DNA of 64,000 nt from Candidatus Saccharimonadia bacterium (GTDB lineage: Bacteria; Patescibacteriota; Saccharimonadia; UBA4664), in assembly GCA_038245115.1 (NCBI GenBank), contig JBBRSS010000003.1:3298-67297 (forward strand), given 5' to 3'. Shown here in pieces: positions 34,656-44,901 of this stretch. Under the pieces are notes generated by a model. The model was not told where the DNA came from and searched no databases. It was given only the letters and a program-made list of their open reading frames with translations. The first letter of the stretch is position 1, and each line of letters begins with the position of its first letter. The position numbers were made by a program, and so were the translations under genes.

Positions 34656-37600
34656 GTGGCTGAGTTTGTCCACCTGCATAATCATAGTCACTACAGCCTT
34701 CTCGACGGGCTGCAGAAAGTTCCTGGCATGCTCGACCGCGTACAGGAACTGGGCATGGACGCGGCGGCGCTCACCGATCACGGAACATTGTCGGGTGCCA
34801 TTGAGTTCTACAAAGAGGCCAAAAAGCGCGATATCAAGCCAATAATTGGCGTGGAAACTTACGTGGCTCCACGCGGGCACCTCGATAAGGCCGGCCGCCA
34901 AGACGCCAACCCGTACCATCTTGTTTTGCTGGCCTACAACAACGTCGGTTATCACAATCTCATGAAACTCGTTACCATCGCTCAGCTCGATGGCTACTAC
35001 TATAAGCCGCGCATCGACCGCGAGCTCATTGCTCAGTATCATGAGGGGTTAATCGCGCTTTCTGGCTGCGCCGGTGGTGAGGTGGCCAGCAACATCCGCA
35101 GCGGCAATCTGGCCGAGGCTGAGGCGGTGGTGCGGTGGTATCACGAGACCTTCGGTGAGGGCAATTATTATCTCGAGCTCCAAGATCACGCTCATCAGTG
35201 GGACGAGCAGCGCGTGATCAACGAGGCCAAGATCGAGCTTTCGAAAATTACCGGGGTTGGCATGGTGGTCACGGCCGACTCGCACTACTCCCGCCACGAG
35301 GACCGCGAGGCACACGAAATTCTACTCTGTGTACAAACCGGCAAAACTATCACCGATACCAACCGCATGACCATGGACATGGACCTGTACGTGTCCGACC
35401 CGAAGGACGTCAAAAAGCGCTGGAGCCATCTGCCCGAAGTCTATGAGAATACCGTCAAAATTGCTGAGCGCTGCGACATTGAGATTGAGCTCGGGCGTAT
35501 TCTAATTCCGACCTTCCCCATACCGGAGGAGGGCCTGAGCGAACGCGATTATCTGCACCGGCTTTGTTGGCAGGGGCTGGCCTGGCGTTATGGCGGCATT
35601 GCCAAGGAAGACATCGCCCACATTACGCAAATTAAGGCTAAATCCCTAGTCGACAAGCCGGTCTCCGAGCGGCTCGAATATGAGCTGGAAGTTATCGGGC
35701 GCATGGGCTATGACGGCTACTTTTTGATTGTGTCGGATTTTATTAACTGGGGAAAGAACCAGGGCATAATTTTTGGTCCGGGGCGGGGGAGCGCGGCCGG
35801 TTCCATTGTGGCCTACGCTATGAACATTACCGATCTCGACCCTCTTAAATATGAGCTGCTGTTTGAGCGTTTCCTTAATCCGGATCGCATCAGCATGCCG
35901 GATATCGATATCGACATCCAGGATACGCGCCGCGGCGAAGTTATCGATTATGTAACCGAAAAGTACGGTCAGGAACGCGTGGCGCAGATCATTACCTTTG
36001 GCACCATGGCCGCGCGTAACGCCGTGCGCGATACTGGCCGCGCCTTGGGCTACAGCTACGCCGAGGTCGACGCCATCGCCAAACTGGTGCCGCAACCGGT
36101 CCAAGGGCGTCACATCCCGTTGGCGGTCGCGGTCGGGTTAAAGGCCGGCAAGAACGCCGAACAGCGCCCCGACCCGGATCTGGTCAAAGAATACACCGGC
36201 AATCAGCGTACCCGCGAGCTCATCAATCTGGCGATACGTCTCGAAGGCACTATTCGGTCCAACGGCGTCCACGCAGCCGGGGTAGTTATCGCGCCCGAAC
36301 CCATCGTGAACTTCGCCCCTCTCCAACGTGCTCAAAAGGGCGGGCTCGCCACCCAATATTCCATGAATCCGGTCGAGGAGCTAGGCCTGCTCAAAATGGA
36401 CTTTTTGGGCCTGTCCAACCTCACCGTTATCAATAATGCCCTGCGCATTGTCAAAAAAGTTTACGGCCAGGCGATCGATATCGCCGACATCCCACTGGAC
36501 GATTCCAAAACCTTCGAGCTTTTGGCGGCCGGTGACACTACCGGAGTTTTCCAACTGGAATCGGCTGGCATGAAGCGCTATTTGCGCGAACTCCAGCCCA
36601 CCGCTTTCGACGACATTATCGCCATGGTCGCGCTTTACCGTCCGGGTCCGATGCAGTGGATCGAAGACTTCATCAATCGCAAGCACGGCGTCACACCCAT
36701 CACTTACGTCCACCCTGCCATGGAAAACTCGCTCAAAAGCACCTATGGCGTACTCGTATATCAAGAGCAGGTCATGCAAATTTCCAAGGAAATGTCCGGC
36801 TTCACCGGCGGCGAGGCCGACACCCTCCGCAAAGCCATCGGCAAGAAAAATGTCGCTATGATGCAGAAGATGAAAACCAAATTTATTGCCGGCGCCATGA
36901 AAAACGAGGGCGCCGAGCAGAAAATGATGGAAGAGTTTTGGGGTAACCTCGAAGACTTCGCCGCCTATTGCTTCAACAAGAGCCACGCTGCCTGCTACGG
37001 CCTCATTGCCTACCAAACCGCCTACCTCAAAGCTCATTTTCCGGGCGCCTACATGGCCGCCTTGCTCACCAGCGACTTCGGCAATATCGACCGCATTGCC
37101 ATCGAGGTGGCCGAGTGCCAGCGCATGGGCATGAAAGTGCTCCCGCCCGACGTCAACGAATCGTTCCTGGAGTTTGCCGTGGTCAAAGGTACCAATAATA
37201 TTCGCTTCGGACTGTCCGCCATCAAAAATATTGGTACCGGTCCCATCGAGACCATCCTGGCGGCGCGTGACGCGGGCGGGCCATTTACCAGTATCGAAGA
37301 TTTCGCCAAACGCGTGAACTCAAGGGAGTGCAACAAAAAGGTTTGGGAATCGCTCGCCAAGTGCGGCGCCTTTGACAATCTCATCAAGGGTGATCGCGGT
37401 TTGTTGCTGCACAACATCGAAACCGTTACGGCCTACGCCAATAAAGCCCAGAAAAACGCCCTTTCGGGTCAGATCGACATTTTTGGCTCCCTCGGCGCCG
37501 AGGAGAATCTGCCGGGACTAGGCTTTGAGCCGGCACCACATCCGACATCTTCTCGTGAGCAGCTCGCTTGGGAAAAGGAGCTGTTGGGCTTATATCTGTC

Positions 37601-38276
37601 GCACCACCCCCTCGATGAGTATGCCGGCTATCTGGCCGATATGAGTGTGTCGATCGACAGCATTACTTCCGGCTCCGACGGCAAGCTAGTGCGCGTTGGC
37701 GGCCTCATTACTACCGTACGCAAAATCCTCACCAAAAAGGGCGACTCCATGGCCTTCGTCGGTCTCGAAGACAAAACCGGCCTCACCGAACTCATTGTTT
37801 TCCCCAAAGCCTACGAAAAATCTCCGGAGGTTTACGAAGTCGATAACATCATCATGGTCACCGGCAAGGTTTCAGCCAAGGACCGTGAAGGCCGCCTCAC
37901 CGGCGATCCTAAGTTAATGGTCGACTCCGCCAAAATTATCAACTACGAAGCTGCTACCAGCCACGTCTCGTCGCACCCCGCCGCCTCTCGTGCTGAGCCC
38001 ACTAAGCCCCCGGCACCAACCCGCGCAGCCGTCACTAGCCTCCCCGACACTGGTGACCATGTTTTGCTGCAGCTGTCCGACCTGTCCGACCAAAATTTGC
38101 TCCGCGCTATCAAAGAAGTCCTCAGCGCCAACGTTGGGCCATCCGAGATTTACATTCTGGTAGGGGATGACGACCCCAAAAAGATCAGATTGCCCTTCAA
38201 GGTGGCCGTCACCACCGAGCTAATAAGTAGCCTTGGCGACCTCGTGGGGCCCGACCAAGTAATTCATTCTACATAA
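34656..38276 (+). CDS. dnaE: DNA polymerase III alpha subunit
   Basis: PHP domain HLHNHSHYSLLDG, polymerase core, OB fold, 1206 aa; GTG start with GAGGGGAG RBS. Confidence 0.95.
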   Translation: MAEFVHLHNHSHYSLLDGLQKVPGMLDRVQELGMDAAALTDHGTLSGAIEFYKEAKKRDIKPIIGVETYVAPRGHLDKAGRQDANPYHLVLLAYNNVGYHNLMKLVTIAQLDGYYYKPRIDRELIAQYHEGLIALSGCAGGEVASNIRSGNLAEAEAVVRWYHETFGEGNYYLELQDHAHQWDEQRVINEAKIELSKITGVGMVVTADSHYSRHEDREAHEILLCVQTGKTITDTNRMTMDMDLYVSDPKDVKKRWSHLPEVYENTVKIAERCDIEIELGRILIPTFPIPEEGLSERDYLHRLCWQGLAWRYGGIAKEDIAHITQIKAKSLVDKPVSERLEYELEVIGRMGYDGYFLIVSDFINWGKNQGIIFGPGRGSAAGSIVAYAMNITDLDPLKYELLFERFLNPDRISMPDIDIDIQDTRRGEVIDYVTEKYGQERVAQIITFGTMAARNAVRDTGRALGYSYAEVDAIAKLVPQPVQGRHIPLAVAVGLKAGKNAEQRPDPDLVKEYTGNQRTRELINLAIRLEGTIRSNGVHAAGVVIAPEPIVNFAPLQRAQKGGLATQYSMNPVEELGLLKMDFLGLSNLTVINNALRIVKKVYGQAIDIADIPLDDSKTFELLAAGDTTGVFQLESAGMKRYLRELQPTAFDDIIAMVALYRPGPMQWIEDFINRKHGVTPITYVHPAMENSLKSTYGVLVYQEQVMQISKEMSGFTGGEADTLRKAIGKKNVAMMQKMKTKFIAGAMKNEGAEQKMMEEFWGNLEDFAAYCFNKSHAACYGLIAYQTAYLKAHFPGAYMAALLTSDFGNIDRIAIEVAECQRMGMKVLPPDVNESFLEFAVVKGTNNIRFGLSAIKNIGTGPIETILAARDAGGPFTSIEDFAKRVNSRECNKKVWESLAKCGAFDNLIKGDRGLLLHNIETVTAYANKAQKNALSGQIDIFGSLGAEENLPGLGFEPAPHPTSSREQLAWEKELLGLYLSHHPLDEYAGYLADMSVSIDSITSGSDGKLVRVGGLITTVRKILTKKGDSMAFVGLEDKTGLTELIVFPKAYEKSPEVYEVDNIIMVTGKVSAKDREGRLTGDPKLMVDSAKIINYEAATSHVSSHPAASRAEPTKPPAPTRAAVTSLPDTGDHVLLQLSDLSDQNLLRAIKEVLSANVGPSEIYILVGDDDPKKIRLPFKVAVTTELISSLGDLVGPDQVIHST

Positions 38277-38318
38277 GCTATTGCTCGTCACGCACAGATA
38301 TGATAAAGTACCGAAGTT

Positions 38319-38945
38319 ATGGAAGCTATTCGCCAACTCGAACAAAACTATCTCAAGCCTGCTCTGCCCCAACTGCAGACCGGTGATACTATCCGTGTGC
38401 ACCAACTCATCAAGGAAGGTGCTAAACAGCGTATCCAGGTTTTTGAGGGCGTGCTGATCCGCCGTCACCGTATGAACGAGGTTACGGCTTGTATCACGGT
38501 TCGCCGTATTGCTTCCGGAGTCGGGGTCGAAAAGACCTTCCTTCTCCACTCGCCCAACGTCTCTAAGATTGAGATCCTTCGCCGCGCCAAGGTCCGCCGC
38601 AACTTCCTCTCCTTCCTGCGCGAACGCCGCGGCAAGTCCGCTCGTCTCAAGGAAGTTTCTTTCGACAAAGCCGGTGCCAACGATGTATCCGTGCCCGAGG
38701 CGGCTCCAGTCGCCGACGAACTAATTGAGACCGATGTTACTGATGTGATTTCGCCCGATGATGCCCTTGATGGCGCCGTTGCGCTCGCTGACGTCGAAAA
38801 AGCTGAGAACCAAGTTGCCGCTAGCGAAGATACCCCGGGCGCCGACGTCGCCGGCGACTCCGCTCCCGACGAGCAGCAAGCCCCGGCCGATGAGACCCAG
38901 CAGGGTCTCGACAAAGCTGAAGCTGGCGAAGCTAAGGCTCTTTAG
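38319..38945 (+). CDS. rplS: 50S ribosomal protein L19 with ~90-aa acidic C-terminal extension
   Basis: The first ~115 aa align to L19 (RVHQLIKEGAKQRIQVFEGVLIRRH...SPNVSKIEILRRAKVRR); an Asp/Glu/Ala-rich tail follows. Confidence 0.9.
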   Translation: MEAIRQLEQNYLKPALPQLQTGDTIRVHQLIKEGAKQRIQVFEGVLIRRHRMNEVTACITVRRIASGVGVEKTFLLHSPNVSKIEILRRAKVRRNFLSFLRERRGKSARLKEVSFDKAGANDVSVPEAAPVADELIETDVTDVISPDDALDGAVALADVEKAENQVAASEDTPGADVAGDSAPDEQQAPADETQQGLDKAEAGEAKAL

Positions 38946-38973
38946 TCCCGCAGTTACTCGAATATCAAAACTA

Positions 38974-38998
38974 GGCACCGCAAGGTGTCTTTTCTGTT
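38974..38998 (+). terminator. Rho-independent terminator after rplS
   Basis: GGCACC-GCAA(GNRA)-GGTGTC stem-loop followed by TTTTCTGTT. Confidence 0.55.
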
Positions 38999-39205
38999 AT
39001 GAATGAAACAGAGGCCATTTTAGCCTATACAAATCCAAGCTTCCTTTCTCTTCGAGAGGGGGCCATCGTGAGGATTCCGGGTAGAGAGGTGGTCGCGCAT
39101 GTATGCAATTTTAACTCATATATGGTATAAAAATGCATACGGTCTCGGTTGGATAAAGCTCCGGGTGTGATAAATTTCGTCTAAGTAACGTGCTAAAGTA
39201 CTGCC

Positions 39206-39829
39206 ATGCCAAATATTCCGACAACATACTCGAGTGCCATTCTATCTTCCCGTTTGCCAGGTCAGATCGTAGTGGGCATCGATGAGGTCGGACGCGGCGC
39301 CTGGGCCGGGCCGTTACTGGTGGGTGCTGTTGCATTTGCCGCTACCGTCCCGGAGGGCGTCACCGATAGCAAATTACTTTCCGCCAATCGCCGGGTATAC
39401 CTCTTGCGCCACATTAAAACTGCCGCCCTCGGCATCGGGTTGGGCTGGGTATCATCATTTGAGATAGATCAGATTGGACTCGGACCGGCTCTCAAACTGG
39501 GCTCCGAGCGCGCCGTTGCGGCCCTTGAATGTGATTTCGATCTAATAATTATCGATGGCACCATCAATTTCTTGCCCGAGCATAACGTCATTACTCTCCC
39601 GAAGGCTGACCTGCTGGTGCCCGAGGTGGCCGCAGCCTCAATTGTGGCTAAGGTCGCCCGGGACGCCTATATGCATCGCCTCCATGCCCAAGACCCGCGT
39701 TTCGGTTTCGACCGCCACGTCGGTTATGGCACCGCGCTGCACGCCCGCCAGCTTACCGAATTTGGCCCAAGCCCGCAGCATCGCCGAAGCTTTAAGCCGG
39801 TCCGGGAGGCCAGCCATGTCCACGGTTGA
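39206..39829 (+). CDS. rnhB: Ribonuclease HII
   Basis: VVGIDEVGRGAWAGPLLVGAV catalytic DEDD N-terminal motif. Confidence 0.85.
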   Translation: MPNIPTTYSSAILSSRLPGQIVVGIDEVGRGAWAGPLLVGAVAFAATVPEGVTDSKLLSANRRVYLLRHIKTAALGIGLGWVSSFEIDQIGLGPALKLGSERAVAALECDFDLIIIDGTINFLPEHNVITLPKADLLVPEVAAASIVAKVARDAYMHRLHAQDPRFGFDRHVGYGTALHARQLTEFGPSPQHRRSFKPVREASHVHG

Positions 39830-40169
39830 AATCGGCCGGGCGGCTGAGCAGTTAGCAGCCGAATACCTCGAGGCCGCCAGCTATCAGATTATCAGTCGCA
39901 ACTGGCGTAACCGCTGGTGCGAAATTGACATTGTGGCCAGCCGCGGTCAACAGATTCATATTGTAGAAGTAAAATATCGTGCCAATACGGCTTACGGCTA
40001 CGCCGCCGAATACATTAGCCATAATAAATCCGCCCGCCTCATTCGCTCGGCCAGCGCCTGGCGTCAAGCCAATCGTCACACCGGGCCCTACCAAATCGAC
40101 GTAATTACCGTCGAAGGCTCTTTGGCTCAGCCCCAGATCGAGCACCTAGAGAATGTTTTAGGCGCCTAG
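39816..40169 (+). CDS. yraN: YraN-family (UPF0102) endonuclease
   Basis: GRAAEQLAAEYLEAASYQIISRNWR...EIDIVA is the YraN signature; GGGAGG RBS; 14-nt overlap with rnhB. Confidence 0.7.
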   Translation: MSTVEIGRAAEQLAAEYLEAASYQIISRNWRNRWCEIDIVASRGQQIHIVEVKYRANTAYGYAAEYISHNKSARLIRSASAWRQANRHTGPYQIDVITVEGSLAQPQIEHLENVLGA

Positions 40170-42797
40170 TTTTGTGGATTTTTCCCAGGTATCGAGAAAA
40201 CTCGCCACGTCGGCGATGTCGCGCTCGGCCCAATCCGCCTTTAGCTCCACCGCCTCCACCGCCTGAGCCGCTGGTCGTTTGAGTGCCGGGTGGGGATGAC
40301 TGGCGAAGAAGTCGCCGATTTCCTTCGCCTTCTCGTGCGTGGCAAATCCGCCCGCAGCGTACAGCGGGAAGTGCTCGAGCATATGCCCACCGGCCCCGTA
40401 ACGCTTGAGCCACAGTTCCCAATTATCCTGCACCCACTGCCACGCCTGGTCACGCCCGTCACGATTGCGCAGGCTCCACGCCAGAATGATATAGATATCG
40501 CCGGAGCGCACCTCGGGTGTCAAGGCAAATTCCAGATAGCGCGCAATTAATTCCGGCTTCCGGAAGCGTCCCAGCGCACCCAGCAGGCTAATCTTCACCT
40601 GCGGCACCGTCTCTTTGCGGTACAGCTCCAAAATTGCTTCAAATTCCTCGACGCCGCCATGACGGGCGGCAGCGTACAGTATTGCCCCGCGTAAGTCGGG
40701 ATCCACCTCGCCGCCAGCTATATATTGGCCGAACCGTCGCTTGGCCTCGGCCGTCACCGCTTCGTTATCGAACCGTACCGCTTGCTGCAGCACTACCGGG
40801 CGCATCAGGGTATCAAAGGATGTTTCGCCGTCTTGGCGCTTCCAGCCGAGGCGCTTCACGTTGGGTTCTATCAGCCACCCGCCGAATCCTTCCAGTCGGC
40901 CCCGCAAAGCGTCGTCCTCCGTGATCGCGATTAAACTGCCCAAGCCGCCGCCAACCGCGTTCCAGACTACATAATTCGGCTCGCTGCGCAGCGCCGCCGT
41001 TAGCTTCAGTGCCACGCTCGATGACGTGTGTCCGGCTTCGGTGGTGGCCAGTACGTCGCTCACTATCCCGTAACGATCCGTAGCCGCCAAGGTCAGGGTT
41101 TCCAGCGGCGGTGTTAGGGCGGCAATCATTGGCGAGGTGTACATGGTTCGAAACACCGACGTCTGGCCGGGGTTGGGCTTAAACCAATCCGAGTTCATCA
41201 GCTCCATCGGCAGATCCTCGCCGGCTGCTTCGAGCAGCTTCGGCTCGGTCTCGCCTCCGCCCGCCAATACTACGCTAAACGGCACCGGCCACAGTTGGCC
41301 CGCCTCGGCCTTCTTGGCCTCCCGTGGCGAGCTGTAGAACCGTGACTGAGTCACCTGGCCGTCATCAAAGCCAATCAGCGGGTAGCCCGGTTGGCTCGTC
41401 CAGGCCGACATTACTTCGTCCACCGGCTTGCCCGAGGCTTTGCCCTGAGCCGTCCACAGATCGTGTGTTACGCTGTTGCCGTAGGCGTGCGCCGCCAGAT
41501 AATCATGCAGGCCGCTGCGGAAATCCTCGGCTCCCAAGTAATGATGGAGCATATTGAGCACACTGGCACCCTTGGCATAAGAAATTGCGTCAAAAATTTC
41601 ATCGAGCGAACGGGGATCGTCCACTTCCACCTGGATAGGGTGCGTATTAGCCAAGCTATCCATCTCTAGCGCTTGCGAAAACTCTTCCTGAATAAAGCTC
41701 GTCCAGATTTCCCATTCGGGAAATAGCTTGTCCATCGCCAGGCTGGCCACCCAGGTCGCAAAGCCTTCATTTAGCCATAAATCGCTCCACCAAGCCATAG
41801 TCACCAAGTTGCCGAACCATTGGTGGGCTAGCTCGTGTGCCACTACCTCAGCCACGCGCTGCTTGTTACCCAGCGAGGTTTGGGTTGGATCCAGTAGTAA
41901 GGCGGTCTCACGGTAGGTTACCAATCCCCAGTTCTCCATGGCCCCGGCCGCGAAGTCCGGCAGTGCTAGCATGTCTAGCTTGGGCAGGGGATAGGGGATA
42001 CCAAAATACTCATCGAAGAACGACAACGTCCGCACCCCCACATCCAGCGCAAATTCCAGCTGATCGGTCTGGCCGGGAGTTGCCAGTACCCCCACCATTA
42101 CACCCTCGGGCGTCGCCCGTTCGACCCGCTCAAAATCGCCCACCACGTACGCCACCAGATACGTGCTCATTTTTGGCGTCGGCGCAAAAGTCACGGTCTT
42201 TCGCGCCCCAGCCGACTCTTCCTTGAGTACATTGGTGTTGGCTACGGCCGTTAGCTCGCTCGGCACCGTCAGGCTCACCTCAAATACCGCCTTGGCCGCC
42301 GGCTCGTCGATACACACAAACCCTCCGCGAGCGTGCGCCGGCTCAAATTGCGTCGTCGCAATCCAGCGCTGCTGGCCGTTGTGTTTGTAGCCGCTGCGGT
42401 AAAATCCGTGCAAATTATCGCCCAGCACGCCGCTAAATTTCAGCTCTAGTTCATGATCCCCGGCAGTTACTTCGTCCGCAAAACTAACCGTAACAGTCTG
42501 ATCATCGACGTTCATTGTTGCACTCGTCGCCGTAGCTCCACCGGTCAGCTTAGCTCCCGAAACTTCCAGCCCCGTCGCATGGAATATCAGTTCGCGCGAG
42601 GGCTCCACCAGATTAAACCCAACCTTCTCATCGCCCGAGAACCTAAACCCTTCCATATCAACATCAATATCCAATACATACCGCTCGGGAATAATTTGGT
42701 CGAGCAACCTTGCAACTTTAGCCATCGAAACCTCACGCATTACCAATTCAGTATACTTTATAGGCGGCCCCAAAATTGCATCAACCATAATCTTCAT
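40158..42797 (-). CDS. pepN: Aminopeptidase N (M1 family)
   Basis: GAMEN-type motif (AGAMENWG) and HELAHQWFGNLVTMAWWSDLWLNEG zinc-binding motif; 879 aa. Confidence 0.9.
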   Translation of the reverse strand: MKIMVDAILGPPIKYTELVMREVSMAKVARLLDQIIPERYVLDIDVDMEGFRFSGDEKVGFNLVEPSRELIFHATGLEVSGAKLTGGATATSATMNVDDQTVTVSFADEVTAGDHELELKFSGVLGDNLHGFYRSGYKHNGQQRWIATTQFEPAHARGGFVCIDEPAAKAVFEVSLTVPSELTAVANTNVLKEESAGARKTVTFAPTPKMSTYLVAYVVGDFERVERATPEGVMVGVLATPGQTDQLEFALDVGVRTLSFFDEYFGIPYPLPKLDMLALPDFAAGAMENWGLVTYRETALLLDPTQTSLGNKQRVAEVVAHELAHQWFGNLVTMAWWSDLWLNEGFATWVASLAMDKLFPEWEIWTSFIQEEFSQALEMDSLANTHPIQVEVDDPRSLDEIFDAISYAKGASVLNMLHHYLGAEDFRSGLHDYLAAHAYGNSVTHDLWTAQGKASGKPVDEVMSAWTSQPGYPLIGFDDGQVTQSRFYSSPREAKKAEAGQLWPVPFSVVLAGGGETEPKLLEAAGEDLPMELMNSDWFKPNPGQTSVFRTMYTSPMIAALTPPLETLTLAATDRYGIVSDVLATTEAGHTSSSVALKLTAALRSEPNYVVWNAVGGGLGSLIAITEDDALRGRLEGFGGWLIEPNVKRLGWKRQDGETSFDTLMRPVVLQQAVRFDNEAVTAEAKRRFGQYIAGGEVDPDLRGAILYAAARHGGVEEFEAILELYRKETVPQVKISLLGALGRFRKPELIARYLEFALTPEVRSGDIYIILAWSLRNRDGRDQAWQWVQDNWELWLKRYGAGGHMLEHFPLYAAGGFATHEKAKEIGDFFASHPHPALKRPAAQAVEAVELKADWAERDIADVASFLDTWEKSTKLGA

Positions 42798-42876
42798 TTA
42801 TAATTACCGCATCGTCGGCCTCCTGGCCGGCCATTTTATACCACAACTTAATAACAACAGAATAGGAGCGCAAACC

Positions 42877-44139
42877 ATGCAAACCAATTTTTTAGCCGCC
42901 ATTAACCTAATCGCCGAGGAAAAGAATCTTCCCCGCGATATTATTATTGAAACCGTCCAGGCCGCCCTGGCCGCCGCCTACAAGAAGGATTATTCCGACA
43001 AAGACCAAGAGGCCCGCGCCGAGCTCGACGAAGAGACCGGTGAAGTTCACATTTATGAGTCCAAGGTCGTAGTGCCCGATGGCGAAGTCGAGAACGAATT
43101 TCTCCAAATCGGCCTCACCGACGCCAAAAAGATCGATAAGAAGGCTGTTGTGCGCGCCGCCGACCTCGAAAATGAGATTGAACCCTATACGGTCGAGATG
43201 GAAGCTCACCCCGAAGACTTCGGCCGTGTAGCTGCCCAGACCGCCAAGCAGGTCATTATCCAGCGCCTCCGCGAAGCCGAGCGCGAAATCGTCTTCACTG
43301 AATACAAGGACAAAGAGGGCCTCGTGCTCAACGGTAGCGTCCAGCGCGTCGAAGGCAGCATGGCCTACGTTGATCTCGGCAAAGCCACCGGCGTCCTGTT
43401 TGCCTCCGAGCAAATCCCTGGTGAGCGTTACTATACCGGCCAGCGCCTCAAGGTGTATGTGGTGCGGGTCGAGCAGACCGCCCGCGGACCGCAGATCGTC
43501 CTCAGTCGCGCCCATTCGAGCATGGTCAAACACTTGTTTGAGCTCGAAGTACCCGAAATCGAAGCCGGGAGCGTCGAGATTGTCGGCATCGCCCGTGAAG
43601 CCGGTATCCGCTCCAAAGTCGCCGTGCAAAGCAATGCCGCCGGCGTTGACGCCGTCGGAACCTTCGTTGGCGGCCGCGGCAGCCGCGTGCAGGCCGTTAT
43701 GAGCGACCTCGGTGAGGAGAAAATCGACATCATCCCATACGCCGAAGATGCTGAAACCTTCATTGCCAATGCGCTGTCTCCTACCAAGGTAGTTAGCGTT
43801 ACTCTGAACGAGGTCGACAAGAAGGCCGTAGTTCGTGTCCCCGAAGACCAACTGTCGCTGGCTATCGGCAAGCAAGGCCAGAACGTACGCCTGGCCGCCA
43901 AACTGACCGGCTGGAACATCGACATCATTTCGGCCGACGAATCACGGGTTGAAGCTGCCGAAGCCGCTGCCGCCGCCGAAGCCGCCGCCGACGACAAGGC
44001 CGACATCGAAAGCTCGCTCATCGATGCCATCAACGCTCAGGCCGAAACTGACCCCAGCGCCGGCATCGACCCCGCGATGGACGAAGAGGCCACCGATGGC
44101 CAAACCGATGTCCTGGCCGGCCGCGAGTCCAACGACTAG
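42877..44139 (+). CDS. nusA: Transcription termination/antitermination factor NusA
   Basis: NusA N-domain, S1, two KH domains, acidic C-terminus; AGGAG RBS. Confidence 0.9.
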   Translation: MQTNFLAAINLIAEEKNLPRDIIIETVQAALAAAYKKDYSDKDQEARAELDEETGEVHIYESKVVVPDGEVENEFLQIGLTDAKKIDKKAVVRAADLENEIEPYTVEMEAHPEDFGRVAAQTAKQVIIQRLREAEREIVFTEYKDKEGLVLNGSVQRVEGSMAYVDLGKATGVLFASEQIPGERYYTGQRLKVYVVRVEQTARGPQIVLSRAHSSMVKHLFELEVPEIEAGSVEIVGIAREAGIRSKVAVQSNAAGVDAVGTFVGGRGSRVQAVMSDLGEEKIDIIPYAEDAETFIANALSPTKVVSVTLNEVDKKAVVRVPEDQLSLAIGKQGQNVRLAAKLTGWNIDIISADESRVEAAEAAAAAEAAADDKADIESSLIDAINAQAETDPSAGIDPAMDEEATDGQTDVLAGRESND

Positions 44140-44367
44140 ACCGCCTGCGAATATCCGCCGACAACGCAGCGCCGACTACGCCCCCATGTATTTATGCAAG
44201 GGGGCGTCGTTGAGTGGGCGCACAATGATTTGCATGTACTTTTAAGGGGAAGATCATGGGTCTCCTCCTAGTCTCGAGCCGTAATCGGACCACGTTGCCC
44301 ATATACCGTTATCAATCCGAATTATCGAGTATGCGCAGTAATTTTGAGCATGCGCATTTCAATACCT

Positions 44368-44433
44368 TTCTAAAGTTTAGAAAACATTTTCGAATTTGAA
44401 CTCAAAAAAATTGCGAAATTCTAAATATTAGAA
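44368..44433. promoter_or_regulatory. Two palindromic operator-like sites TTCTAAA-G-TTTAGAA (44368-44382) and TTCTAA-ATAT-TAGAA (44419-44433) upstream of the PadR-like gene
   Basis: Perfect inverted repeats sharing the half-site TTCTAA; the second overlaps the likely -10 region 13 nt before the ATG. Confidence 0.4.
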
Positions 44434-44445
44434 TACCCTGCATAA

Positions 44446-44766
44446 ATGAATGTCCCAAAGTCGATTCGAATCGCCAGGTCAAAACAAACGCCGTTAAGTT
44501 ATGAGCGAATAGCCATATTAATGGCCGTTGCCGACGGGCCCATCGACAAGGCCCGCATTGCCGAAAAAGTCCTCGGAGACTCGGTCGGTGACATAGCGAT
44601 AAAAGTCAGCACGATATACTACCTTATAAGTAAATTAACTAATGAGGGCTATATCCAGGCATCAGGTTCATATACATTAACCGACAAAGGTTACCGCACC
44701 CTCCATTCCGAGCTCAACCGCATCAACCAACAGCGCCTAATTCTCAAACAAAGGCTCCATATCTAA
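44446..44766 (+). CDS. PadR-like winged-helix transcriptional regulator
   Basis: ILMAVADGPIDKARIAEKV...STIYYLISKLTNEGYIQASGSYTLTDKGYRTL matches PadR wHTH architecture; located in an AT-rich intergenic island. Confidence 0.5.
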   Translation: MNVPKSIRIARSKQTPLSYERIAILMAVADGPIDKARIAEKVLGDSVGDIAIKVSTIYYLISKLTNEGYIQASGSYTLTDKGYRTLHSELNRINQQRLILKQRLHI

Positions 44767-44771
44767 ACAAA

Positions 44772-44798
44772 TTAGCACTCCCTTGCATGGAGTGCTAA
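44772..44798. promoter_or_regulatory. CIRCE element (HrcA operator) overlapping the clpC promoter
   Basis: TTAGCACTC-N9-GAGTGCTAA exact consensus; spacer contains TTGCAT (-35), 16 nt before TATACT (-10). Confidence 0.6.
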
Positions 44799-44901
44799 TA
44801 ATGATATACTAAGTCATATCTCAACGTCGATTCGTGACCTTTCCTGTATCGCTTGACCGTCCGTATCGAAGGTGGGAGGGTAAGAGAAAGGACACCAACC
44901 A

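Noticed and set aside
36381-37037. 218-aa minus-strand ORF inside dnaE
   Set aside because: Antisense to the DNA polymerase gene; no homology-like motifs
38946-39205. Possible ncRNA (RNase P/SRP/tmRNA) in the 260-bp rplS-rnhB intergenic region
   Set aside because: None of the hallmark motifs (GGAAAGUCCGG, tmRNA tRNA-like ends, SRP GGAA helix-8 context) could be recognised; only a terminator is supported
42907-43875. 322-aa minus-strand ORF inside nusA
   Set aside because: Completely antisense to nusA; repetitive Gly/Leu/Asp composition; no start context
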